NCBI GenBank assembly: GCA_040954595.2
Contig: CM082579.2
Span: forward strand, 15,352,550-15,416,549
DNA length: 64,000 bases
Origin: Balanoglossus misakiensis
Taxonomy: Eukaryota; Animalia; Hemichordata
Reading direction: 5' to 3'
Part shown: positions 1 to 12,457 of the stretch, piece after piece
Position numbering within the stretch: position 1 is the first letter of the stretch
How the letters are laid out: every line of letters starts with the position of its first letter
Program-made: the position numbers and the translations under genes
Notes under the pieces: generated by a model
What the model was told of the DNA's origin: nothing
The model's database searches: none
The model's input: the letters and a program-made list of their open reading frames with translations, nothing else

Positions 1-139
1 CGCGACACGCCCACAAATTCACTCACGACTTGCGTCACCGGTTACAGGAGTTCGTACAAAAGTGTGGTTTATGCACATTTACACTGAATCAGTTTTTTTG
101 GCCCATGATGCCCATGGGCCAATACATGCCACGATGCCT

Positions 140-200
140 CCATAATGATGATGGCAATGATGGTGATGATGATGATTGTGGTGGTGGTGGTGGTGGTGAT
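140..200. repeat. (GAT/GGT)n microsatellite
   Basis: Trinucleotide runs seen directly; followed by a pyrimidine-rich low-complexity tract to ~390. Confidence 0.85.
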
Positions 201-1022
201 TGAGCTTTAATTTCCCTTTCTTCCTGTCTAACCACTTCCTCTCTCACCTTCACTTATTCGGTCTCTCCCCTCCCCTTCTGTCAAAGTCCTCCCCTCATTC
301 CCTTTCCATCCTGACATTCTCATTTCCGCCCTCTTGCTTTTCTTCTCCTTTCTCACATTCCTTTTCTCACCTCTCTCCCCCCCTCCGTAACATGTTATGT
401 AATATATAAAGTAAAAAAGTCCAAAGCATGATGTTATCACAGATGACATTTGGAATGTATTATTGTACTATCTGGTTTAATTTCAAACATAGTGGAGTTA
501 TTTATTGGCCAGTATTTAAGCATGTTTAAAGAAGTCAAACAGCATAATAGGCACATTTCATATCAAACAAAATTGACCAAATAAGCTCAAAAGAGGATTT
601 GAACAATTTGTCCCTTTAAGTAATGTTCAATATTGGATTTACACTTGTGAGTGTATGTCATCTCCCTTTTGTTAGAAACCTCACAGTCATATAATAAACA
701 GGTGACCTGACAATCATTTGAAATACCAAACTTCGGCAGCTATTCCAGTTTGGTCCAAAAACCTAATTTTAACTGGCACCTCAACTTTAGGACTATTATG
801 GATGTTGCTGAAACTTGAAGTGGGCTGCTTGTGAAGAGGAAGACGTGGAGTGTCTCTCAGACAACGCTGCGCTCAGTCAGAGATAAAGTCAAAATATGGA
901 TTTGACTTGCAACAGTAATTTGTTAGTTAAGTCAAATTCAACTTAAATCTGTCTCTTTGGGTCAGTCTTAACGGGTGTAGCATGCTGGAAGGGTGTGCTT
1001 ACCCATTTCCGACACCTAGTAC

Positions 1023-1472
1023 CACAGGGGGCTGCAAACATGAAAGTTATAAATGGCGAAGTACGTTCCATTCTGCGTTTTCTCAACCTGTCTTATCATT
1101 TGCTAATCCAGAATAAAAGCTATCCATTTCCCATTAATCACCTGCTAACGACTTAATCTGTGTGCCCCATCCACGGATTAAGTTAATAAAGTAAACATCG
1201 GTCAGCGAGTACTGGGTATTCTCTTACCAAGTGAGAACTGACCGATGTTTACTTAATCCACTAAATCCGTGGATGGGGCACACAGATTAAGTCGTTAGCA
1301 GGTGCTTAATGGGAAATGCAATAGTTTGTATTCTGGATTAGCAACTGCTAAGACAGGTGGAGGTAACACAGAAAAATAAACAAGCACAAAGACTGTTCAT
1401 CAATTAATGTTTATTGGGGGAAAATGCAGGAACTCCGCCTTTTATAACTTTCATGTTTGCAGCCCCCCTGTG
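1023..1472. mobile_element. Palindromic MITE (~450 bp) with CACAGGGGG termini
   Basis: ~30-bp TIRs (CACAGGGGGCTGCAAACATGAAAGTTATAAA and its reverse complement); internal arms ~1085-1230 and ~1235-1360 are also inverted; flanks CTAGTAC / CGAGTAC look like a TSD with one mismatch. Confidence 0.85.
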
Positions 1473-3111
1473 CGAGTACTACCACTTAGCAGTGGTTCAA
1501 GATGATCCTGTTGAAATTGTAAGTTTTTCTCTTATTTCTTTTTTGAACCTGGACCTGGTAATTAGCTTAGTTTAAGTAATATTGATTATTGGACCTGGTT
1601 TGATGTCTTATTATAACAACTACAGAAGAATCTCTGGACACAGTGAAATACACTCCAGGGTTATGGTAATGACTGACAAATTGTCAGTTTAAAAAAGTAG
1701 ACAAAGAACTCAGTTAAATATTATAATAAAAATATGCTTTTAATATAAGGAAAAGGTACAATTGATATACTTGTAATTAAAACATAAATATAATGATGAA
1801 ATTCTTCAACTGTTCTGTAGTTGCACCAGTATTTGTATAAGCTAAAAATGTTGACTTCTGGCAGGACAACTCAAACAGATATTAAACTTATTTATAGTAC
1901 TTCCACTTCATGACTTTGTTCAAAAATTTCCCAAACTTATTTCATTGTTGATGAGTTGTCACCTCCGAACAACACAAAAAGGAACAGTTTGTATAAAAAA
2001 GTAATTTTGCATGAATCTTAAACATACATGCACAAGTTGAGTGAATAACACAATATAATCATATTCTACAATGAATTACAATATCAAGATTAAGGGTTTC
2101 ACATATGACATTACATTGCTACATTTTATATACATGAATTTAATTTGAAAAATTTCCATTGATCTATAACACCATGAATAATATAAAAATATGCGAATAA
2201 ATACTTTGAATTATTATATATACATGTCAGGTCTCAAAGTGAGTAACTATATTTCCATTCACCTATGAACTGGTTATTAACCAAATGAAATGATAGGATC
2301 TTTTATTTTGAGGATCTTATAATTGTGATCATACACATCCATATTCCAAAATTCGCATGCCAAACAAATATCAGATTTATACGGCCAGTTGTAAAGACAG
2401 TACAAGGGGCAAAAAAATTGATAATAGTTAATCATCATCTCCCTTCTTTTACAGTCTTGGAGAATGGTGACGGTTGAAGTCAAATTAAAGAAAAATATCA
2501 AGAAAAATATCAAAATTTGAAGCACTAATTCAGGAGGATATATATCATCGGGAGGTAGTCACTGAATATATTGAGAGAAATAATTCATAATCTATGCATT
2601 TGGATGAAAAGACCTTCTATCTGATCAAGTTAAGGATAAATGCTGCCTTGTATGAATACAGAAGCAAGTCAGCATGCAAAGGGAGAGCTGAATTGGTACA
2701 CTGTTAAATTTGTCCTCCAAATTCAACAAAAATATGTTGTTGTTTAGGAATTCTCGTATTATCATATCTTTTTCATTACACAATACCTTATAATAAGTCA
2801 TAACAAATTTTTAAGGAAAATTCTTTAAAATATGTAAAATATATAGCCTTATAACCAACATACTTTAAAGATGATTATTTATGATCATTTCATTCAGATG
2901 TTGCTAAGAGTGTAATAATAAAGATCTGTTTCACTCCAACCAATTTAATGTGCGCTTATCACAGTACTGTCGTCTGACAAAGCATAACTATTATTGTTAT
3001 CATTTATGGGATTATACCAAGCTTATCACAGTACTGTGTCAACTCACAAAATGAAAACCATTCTAGTTATCATTTGAATTATACCATACATGTACACACA
3101 GAGATGGCACA

Positions 3112-6100
3112 TTAGAAGTATCTGTCTCCGTGACTCTCATGAAATAGTTCATTTCTACTCTTAAGAGGCCTTGGTCTCCATTCCTCACTTCCACTGGCAC
3201 TACCACTGTCGCCACTATACATGGGATTGTAGTGATAGATTTCTCTGAAGGCTTCCTCATCTTCCACACTTTTCCCTGCCTTGCTATCAACATCATCTGT
3301 ATCATCAAACCAATGGATATCCATAGTTGCCTCTTGTTCTTCCCAGCCTGGATGTTTCTTTCCTCCAAGAGCACACCTGAATGTCAAATAGTTGAACATC
3401 ATCAATGTGGGATTTGTTGTGATGTTGTTACTACTGTAGAATAACGCAGGTGGTTGTTGGACACTTTGCGGTCTGGTCGCGTGACTTTGCCTTGTTAGCC
3501 GCCATGCATGTTGAACGCAAATTATACCATGATGCACTGCAGTTACCCTATACGCGAATAGGTCTATGCATGAACTCTTTGAATAAATTTGCTTCCACGA
3601 TACAGATGTGATTATTTTTCACGTTGCCTCATGCATGTATGGAAAGATACAGGTAAATTCCCAGTTTTCTGATGGGCAACATTTCTACAGCTGTCTCGAT
3701 TCTACTCTGGTAGTACTAAATAACTTACCGTTGGTACATGAGTAACATTATTACACCAAGCACTAACACAGCCGCTAAACCTCCCGCAACACCACCAATG
3801 ATGACAGCTGTGTCAACGGAGGAATCTGTAAGAGTTTAAATATTTCTATTTGTCACGGGGGCGATATGCTACGATAAAAGCAAGACAACCATTCATTATG
3901 ATGCTTAACTATTGTAAAATGGTTAGTTGACCAAAAATCTAGTTATACTGCAGATGTTGCAGTTTCACCATTTTCACAAATATTTTCAAGACAACGTAAA
4001 CTGTAATCATGTAGATCAAACAAATGTGTAAACTTTAGTGAATATTGTTTTTCAATCTTGAGTTATTAAAAGACAAAGAAATGTATACACACCTTTAACT
4101 TGCATTGGTATTCTCTGGCGGCAAGTTTCACCTTGATATTCATCAGTACATTCACAAACAGGATTGCCATCACTGTCCTTGATGCAAACAGCATTGTTTG
4201 AGCAGAACCCTTCACATTTATCTAGACACAAGAATAAAATCACATCACATTATTCTACCTGACGAACCATTTGTATTAGACAAGAACTAAACCCACTTGC
4301 AGATTCATTTCTTACAAACGGAATGGAAGTTGTGTGCTGTCGAACATTGATTCACTATATATCCACATGTACCGGGTGAATAACATAAACAGTGTCTTGT
4401 ATCAAACATAATTAATGGAAAAAGGGCAGCAAGAGAGATACTAAATCAACAGTAGTTTCTACGTTTTAGCTGTACATATTTCTGTTGACATTTCAGTTGT
4501 AGATAGTTACATACCTGTACAAGTTATTCCATCACCAGTGAAACCAGTTTTGCAAGTGCATTCATATCCTGGTACAAGATTCCTGCAAGTGGCATTTGGG
4601 TGACAGTCATCCAGACCAAGACGACATTCATGTGCATCTAGAAAACAAAAATTCTTGCAATGTCTTTAACTGACCACCAAATAAAACTATGGGATCTTCA
4701 TACATATCACCAGTTAAAGGTATACGGTCACCTATGGAAAATTAGCTATAGTTACCATGGCAAAAGGAGATCTAGCCAATCACAGATTTTCAGTGGGTGG
4801 CACATGCAAAAAAGAGCGCCACCATATGTTCTTTAGAACTCTCATATACTCCATTTAAGCCATATATGGGCGTTTGTAAATTGGAGGTGACTGTATACCT
4901 TTAAGTTAGATGACTACCCAGATGCAGTGCATGGTTATCACATTCCATAGCCTAACATGTAGAATTCTGAGAAAACAGTATTACAATATTGTTATTTCCG
5001 TGAAATTTTCAGAAAAGGTGTTAAAAGAGGAGCATTATTAAATTATATAAAAATATTGGATCACACAACATATCAAATGATACTCTAAATAAAGAAGAAA
5101 ATTTCTTATAATGAAGTGTTTGTGTCAGATTGAACAGTTAAGGTTGATCTCCACAAGCACTTCATGCATGTTATCAGTTCTATGATTATGAAAAATTTAT
5201 TCCTACCATCACATTCTGTTTCATATAGGGCACCCTCTCTGCCTGTAGTGTAGCCAGTTGGGCATGGTTGACAAGCATCCTGGTTGAATTCAAAGTTATA
5301 TGTTCCAACAGGGCATTTCTCACATCTATAGGACTCCTGATTCAAGTACCAACCAACATTGCAGTAAGCTGTTGATGGAATGGAAAAAGAGCATAGAATA
5401 AAATTGGAGGACTATCATTATTTTGAACAACTGAGGCACAATAATACAACCTTCAGTTCAGTACAGTTGAGATACAACATGAAAAGTTGTATACATAATA
5501 CTTACAAACATTACAATCTTCACTTAAGGTTGAACCGACTGTTCTTGTGGTGAAGCCAAATGGGCACGGCATACAAGATGGCTGAAGTTCAGCATTTGAT
5601 CGATAGGTTCCCATGGGACACGACTCACAAGACCCATTGACACTAAGTTGGACTCCCACTGATTTACATACCTCTGTAATTGAGAAGATTAATTTTTTGA
5701 TATTCACGATTATCTGCTTTTCACTCACGTGAATTTGTTAAACTGTTGAATATGTTACATATCTGGCGGTTCTAAAGTAAAAACCTACTCGGAAAAAAGT
5801 TTACTGGATGCCGAAATATTGCTTGCCTGTCACTTACAAATGATAACGCCATGGGTACGTCACATGGCCAGATCATGTGATTGATAGTCAAGAATAGCAA
5901 ATAACACAAGTACCTACCCTGACATTGTGACTCATCAGTAGCTCCTTCAACTAATGTAAGCATTCCCTTTGGGCAAGTATTACACACAAACTTTCCTTCT
6001 TCTGATTGCCAGAATCCAATGGGGCAGCTTTGGCACTGAGAAGTCCCGTTGTCAAAGTAGTGACCAACATCGCACCTCTCTGCAATAGACATCATTGTTG

Positions 6101-9100
6101 AAAAATTATTTTTTCAACCAAAGAGATGAACATTCCAATTGTCATTCTTTCCATATTGGATCACACCACAATAATTTGATATGTACGTCACAATTCCCGG
6201 CAAGGGGTATGGGGTTTTATCGGGCCAGTGGCATGAGTGAGGCTAGACGCTAGTTTTGGAATACGGCTAGATACTAGGCTATGGCTGTGGATGAGGAGGA
6301 GATATTGCCTTCTGTTATACATACCAAAACACTGCAAGATGGATAATGATCTCTTTCCCCTGGTGACTCCATTATTTGGACAGGCATTGCATGCTGTTTG
6401 TCCTTCAAGGGGTTGATAATATCCAATTGCACAAGGATGGCACTGACTCAGCTCAGTGTCATGGTACGACCCTTCAGGACACAATACTGTGGAAATACAA
6501 AATGTTGAAGGCAGATGTATACATTGTTCATGTACTGATCATTATGCATTAATGGTTTAAAACACAACTACAATTGTAACACACAGCATTCATTTTGGCC
6601 AGTTTTTCACTCTTGTGTCTACAAGTGGGATTGCAGTTGTGTGTGGTTGAATGTTGATTCACTATATATCCACATGTAGAATAACATTAACTGTGTCTTC
6701 TATCAAACATAATTAATGGAAAAAGGGCAGCGAGAAAGAGACTTTGTCCCTCCTTGGTATGAGCATATCAAATCAATTATTTCCTTATATCACCTCTTGG
6801 TTGGGTTGTATTTACCACTCACACTTGTCTTTAATTTGTACACTGCGACTCACAACCACACTCGCAGCAATACGGCCCACCTAACAGGTCATATCAGGCG
6901 ATATAAACATATTAACATCTACACCTTTTTATAATATTAATTTTGGACACAGTTTTAATCCTTTCACCACCATGGTTCAGTCCAAACCAATTGTTTTCTA
7001 TGGTAAGGTTTGACCTCTATAGAGGAAACTGGGAGTGAAAGGGTTAAAGTACATAACAACTGAGGAGTATAGGCACTCACCACATTCTTCTCCAACAAGA
7101 ACACTACCATTGGAACAGAATATTGTACTTTCAACTTGTAATGTCTCAGCGTCGACCGAATATTCAGCTGTATCAAAAGGACCATTCTTGACTGCATCTT
7201 CAATAACTACAACTGCAGCATCAGCAGAGCTAATGGATAAAACAACAGGCAAAAAATTCTTACATATGCCACATTACAATACCAACCAGAAGTGTGTACT
7301 GTAAACTGAATTGTTTTCACGACAGGAAATTTTCGCGATATTAAAAGAGGCGACTGTTACGTGAGGACGAATTTTCGAGTTCTCGTATTTCACTAACTGC
7401 ATCATTATCTCCAAAAACATTTTACACAACTTTTTATTTTAACGTTTTTTTGACCAGCACATGTTTTGCAGAAATTTACTGCTCGCGAAAATAACACATT
7501 TTGCAGTATATTTCGAATGCATGAATCTTTAGAATACAGGATGCCGCAACATGAAGGAAGGTGGGCAGAAATGATGGGGTTGCCAAAAACTGAAAATGTT
7601 TGAGTGTTAAGACACAAAATAATTTGTTTTCACTTGCATGAATGGAATATTTTGCAATAATGCAAACACCAGCTGTATAGGGAATACAGAGCTGGTCCTC
7701 ACACAGCCTGGGATCAGTACCCTAGACATGTCACCAAAGTCATTTCAATAGAACAGAAGGGGAATGAAATACTCGAAAAATAACAATTACTACTCACGCA
7801 TTGGTTGTGAAACTGAACTGAACCACAAGCTGAGTATCAGCCTGTCTCTTTCTTCGGTTTGAGGCGCCGCAGGTTATTTCAAGGTCATCAAAGTTGCATT
7901 CACCGCCACAAATACCAAACAAATCATTCAGATAGTTGATAGTGTTCATAAAACTGATCCTCAATTGCTGGATGACACCATTGTTACATGTACCAGCCTG
8001 TGAATTGTATGACACGCCACAATTCACTCCACGTTGAGTCTTCCCAGGAGCTGCAGTAGAACAATACAAACAAACAAATTTTGTTAAAGATGCAATTTTC
8101 AATCTAGCGAACGATGTATTGACTTAGACTGCGAAACCGCTTAGCCAATCAGGAAAGTTACAGCTGCTTACCCAGAACAAAATATTAAGAAAATAGCTCA
8201 AATGTACTGGAGCTTTATATTGGGGTAAGCAGATATGATGTTAACAAATTATCTACCTGTAATCACAACCTTGACATACTGTAAAGCAAGAATTTGCATT
8301 ACTCATATTTCTCTTTTCATTTATAACTAAAAGAAAATTGTCTCAATGCTGGAATACCCCCTCTCACAACTCTCTCTCTTTGGAGAATTTTCTGAATGTG
8401 CATGTGCAACCTGATTATATTTCTTTACTGATACCAAATCATTTTTTTCTCACCTGAACATCCAGGGAAGGTGAATTCCTCGTCTGGATTCTCAGGATTA
8501 AAAGATCCTTCACTATGGCAGAGATAGTAAGGTGCTGGCAGGCTTGCAAACTTGTATCCTGGTAAACAATCCACCTGACAGAACACACCCGACTCAAACT
8601 CATTACAGATGGAAATACCTTTAACTGGTGGTGCTGGCTTTTCACAATCAAATGATGTAAAAGAAAGGAGAACACAGTTTATTTGTCTATATATATATTT
8701 TTAATTTTATTTCATCTATCATCCAACAGGCAAATACTACCCAAATGTCTGTGTCTCATATATCATCCAACAGGCAAATACTACCCAAATGTCCAGGTCT
8801 AGGTAACGAACCCACAACCCTAGCCACTAGGGCACAATGCCTCTTTTACCAGGTTCACACAGGGTAAAATTTGAGACACTATTTGCCAGTGCTAACCACA
8901 GAGCATTAATCCTTTGAGTCATGTTGTGTCCACACACACAAAGTTTATGTATGGGCGCTGAGGCTCGGCCCCATAGACAATGGGTTGCGGAGAGGTGTTA
9001 ATCCTTACACCGGCTCAGGTCTGGCTGGCAGAGCCGTCTAAAATCTGAGACGTTTCAGGACCACTTACACCGTCCACATATGTTTTTTTAAGACAGTATC

Positions 9101-12100
9101 AATTCTGAGATGCTTCAGAACTGTCTTAATGGTGTATGTGTGACACCCATATTTATTACACAGTCAAATCTTTTAAACAGAACACCAACACATTAACATG
9201 TTTCTATGTAAAAGGGACTAGGAAAAGCTGTTGGTTGAAGAGAGGTTTCCCGATTAGACAGGGTTTGTTTTAGACGGGTTTGAGTGTCCTTGTATGTTCT
9301 GAATGATGTTGTTATAATTTTTGATAGTTACATAGGGACAAAAGTGATAATGATGCAATCATATTACTGTAAAACGGCAAATTTTCCCAAACTTCGGCAG
9401 AAAAAAAGAAGAAAATAAAGTCGCATAAAATGTTTTTCAGAGATAACAGAGTAGTTAGTAAAATACTAGAATGCGGAAATTTAATTCTCGTGTCACAGTT
9501 GCCTCTTTTGATATATTGCAAAATATTTTCTGTCACGAAAATGTCCCGTTTTACAGTATGTGACAAGACATAACAAGGGGTAGAGATGACAATTTGTCAA
9601 GATATTAATTAATTTGTAAAGTTTATGTATGAATGATAAAAAAATTCACTCACGCAGTACATAGAGTAAAAAGTTGCACTGTGCATTGTTGCCAGCTGTA
9701 TCTGAAGCAACATAGCTGATCTGGTAGGTTCCCCAGGAAAAGGTGTCACCTGTAAGAACAAAATTATGCACATCATTACAGGCATGGGTGCTAAAGCCAA
9801 AATAGCTTCCGTTTCTTGAATGTTTTTCATGATTTTCTTTTCAAACTTAGAATGGTCCATTTAAGTGAGCTATCTGGTGGGTATACACAGGCATATTATC
9901 AACTCCTGATTGTGACTGTACATATAAACATGAACAAGATATGTATACTAAACAGATATGGTGCCGCACACGTTTATTCAACTGCCCATTGTAAGAGAAC
10001 ACAACATTTGTGGTATGGGTATCCCCAGTAGTAGTGGAGAATATTAAGTACTTTACTGATTAAAGGCCCTGCTCAACAGTTGGTCAAATCTTTTGTTTCC
10101 AATAAACAATTACGTGCAAACACAAATGCTTTCGAGTTTTAACTTCATTGTACTGCCCTGGGATCGAGGAAAGGGCCTATAAACATATGGTAATAGTATC
10201 AGCAATTGAGGCTTTAATACTTGGAAGCAAGATCATCTGTCGCACATAGGATGTGCTAGCCATATATGAGTAACGGCCACAAGAATAAACTGTACCAGTA
10301 TGCTTCATACTGACCATAATCTTAGGAAAGTTGTCTCAGCTTGTTGGTTTCTGTTTAGATCAACTCCCCACCCCACCCCGATAAAAAAAACTTAGTTAGT
10401 GTGAATGTTATATATTATCTATAATCAGAAATGATATTTTATAGGAAACTTACCCATTGTGTAGGTTTGTGTCACATTGGCAATGGCGACATAATCTGTA
10501 AATATAGGCTCCTGCCATACTCCTGTTGTCAAGCTATTAGGACTAATTATACGGGTCGTATTGGGACAGTAAATGACTTCAGGAGCGTGTTTATCTGAAG
10601 AAAAAAAAATGAAAGAATAACAAATGTTTGTAAATTAAACAACTGGTCCACACCCCCTATGCATACACTGGTACATTTAGGTAAATGCACTACTAGATGT
10701 TAATATCTGTCACATATTCATGAGAAATCCAGATATTGTTAAGTGCTTGTTTTCTGATACATGTGAATAGACTAGATCACTGTCAAGAAACACTACAAGA
10801 TAGGACAGGAGTCATGAGATGGTATCCATAGGCATAATAACTGATATGATCAATTACACTCATGATAAGCCTAGTTCTTGGAACAGCAGAAACTGATGAT
10901 GATGATGGTGATGATGATGACGATGATGATGATGATGGTGGTGGTGGTGGTGGTGATGATGATTATGATGATGATGATGGTGATGGTGGTTGTGAATAGT
11001 ATCATTACATTCAGTGTTAAATACATGTACGGTAGAAACAAAAAGAGTGAGCGATACAGGCATGGGCAGATGATGATTCCCTATACTTCCTAAAGTAGGG
11101 AGATTGCAGGCTGTGTGATTGGAGTACAACACACAGCAGCTAGGGGCTGGTGAATGTACACAGGAACAACTACTCAAAATTTCACACAGTTTTCCCTGGA
11201 CAGACACAACATTACAAGGAGAGCTGTGTTAAAGTAAGGATTTAGGATTAATCAACTCTGTGAATATGACCCAATTTCTCCTCGTCAGATTATGCATAAA
11301 ATTGTTTGATAGTAATGAATAAGGCTATTTACCAACAGGTGTGCATGGTGAACCAGAGTAACCAATTGGGCACCTGGTACTTCCACAAGCTGATGGCTGG
11401 ATTTTGACCACACTACCCAATAACTCTTGATCCATTTCAACCCACATGACATGATTGCCAAGTGGACTTTGTGAACAGTTCAAAGCCAGACTCTGGATTT
11501 CAACAGGAGTCAATACATAATCGTATACATTCATCTGTGTAACATCACCATGGAAGCTAAAATAGTTGTCAAGGAGTCCATTTTCGTCATAGCTTTGACC
11601 AAGAATTACCATACAGCTGTTGAAAAACAAGAGAATAATGAATTCATTAAAAGTGCTGGTAAGAAGTTGTCAAAAATAAACTGTGAAAATCAGTATCGTT
11701 CCGCATAAGTTTGAATTTGAAAGTGCCACGAAGATAGCTTTGCTGATGTCCATAGTTTGCTCCCTTGATTTTTTTGGCCAGTTTTGTTGTAAGTCGCAAC
11801 ATGTTATGATGATATTGTATTGTCATGTAGGAGTAAGACAAGCTACCTAGCAGATAAGTTATAAACAAGATAACTGCTTCACAAATAAATGGTTCACTTC
11901 TCTTGAGGCTTGGGAAAACTTGACAGTATAGGAAAATATAGAATTTTAACATGTGATGATGACAATTTTCTATGGCTTTGTAGGAGTTAAAAATGTTCGG
12001 AGTTCCACTAGCAACTTACTTTTCTGAGTCATCGATACCTGTCCAGGATGGAAGGGGTGATGTTACTGCAACACCATTCAAGTAAACTGCCACAATGCCT

Positions 12101-12220
12101 TCTTCAATTACCATGACAACATTATGCCACGAGTTGTCATCTACTGATACGGTTACACCATTTGTACTGACAGATAGACTTCTGTCCAGGACAAGAAGGG
12201 TACTATCAACTTGGGTTAAG
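3112..12220 (-). CDS. 3' part (15 exons) of an Uninflatable/SVEP1-like type I membrane protein: pentraxin/LamG, HYR, CCP, furin site, 4 ephrin-receptor-like Cys repeats, cbEGF, EGF, TM, NPxY tail
   Basis: Phase-compatible exons traced by hand: 12020-12220 and 11333-11616 (pentraxin: SWHNVVM, VILGQSYD...FHGDVTQMNVYD); 10454-10594 and 9654-9749 (HYR: DKHAPEVIYCP...GTYQISYVASDTAGNNAQCNF); 8454-8654 (CCP; acceptor is CAT, not CAG); 7798-8050 (RRKR); 7081-7229; 6325-6486, 5918-6079, 5506-5673, 5207-5368 (CPxGxY...CxPCPxG repeats); 4515-4637 (DAHECRLGLDDCHPNATC); 4093-4221 (EGF); 3729-3825 (TM AVIIGGVAGGLAAVLVLGVIMLLMY); 3112-3376 (tail with HYNPMY, stop). 5' exons not found in the window. Confidence 0.88.
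4300..4440. repeat. Dispersed repeat; related copies at ~6590-6740 and ~22520-22810
   Basis: Shared core TTGATTCACTATATATCCACATGTA...TCAAACATAATTAATGGAAAA; present in both orientations at 22.5-22.8 kb. Confidence 0.7.
4718..4900. mobile_element. TTAA-flanked MITE, Kolobok-like termini
   Basis: TTAA|AGGTATACGGTCACCT ... AGGTGACTGTATACCT|TTAA. Confidence 0.75.
6959..7043. mobile_element. Very short piggyBac-like MITE
   Basis: TTAA|TCCTTTCACCACCA ... TGGGAGTGAAAGGG|TTAA. Confidence 0.6.
7299..7506. mobile_element. TA-flanked MITE (Tc1/mariner-like termini), diverged
   Basis: TA|CTGTAAACTGAATTGTTTTCACGA ... TCGCGAAAATAACACATTTTGCAG|TA. Confidence 0.5.
10894..10992. repeat. (GAT/GGT)n intronic microsatellite
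   Basis: Trinucleotide runs; source of the spurious poly-His and poly-Met ORFs. Confidence 0.9.
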
Positions 12221-12457
12221 CTGCCAAGAAATTCAAAACAGAGATTAGACATAAATCGGTGCATCAGCTGGTACTTTTGGGAAATTATCACACTTTTTTC
12301 AAACTGCACCACCTTTAGCCCATACAGAAGTATGCACTGAACTATGTACAAGTATTATGAACCCTAAGTATGAGTGCATATGCAAGTTTAAACCAGACAA
12401 ATAATAAATCTTCGCCGCAAAGGAATATGGTCGCCACCGTGAGAAAATGCAAAATAC

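Noticed and set aside
10860-11207. His-rich and Met-rich ORFs
   Set aside because: Translations of an intronic GAT/GGT microsatellite.
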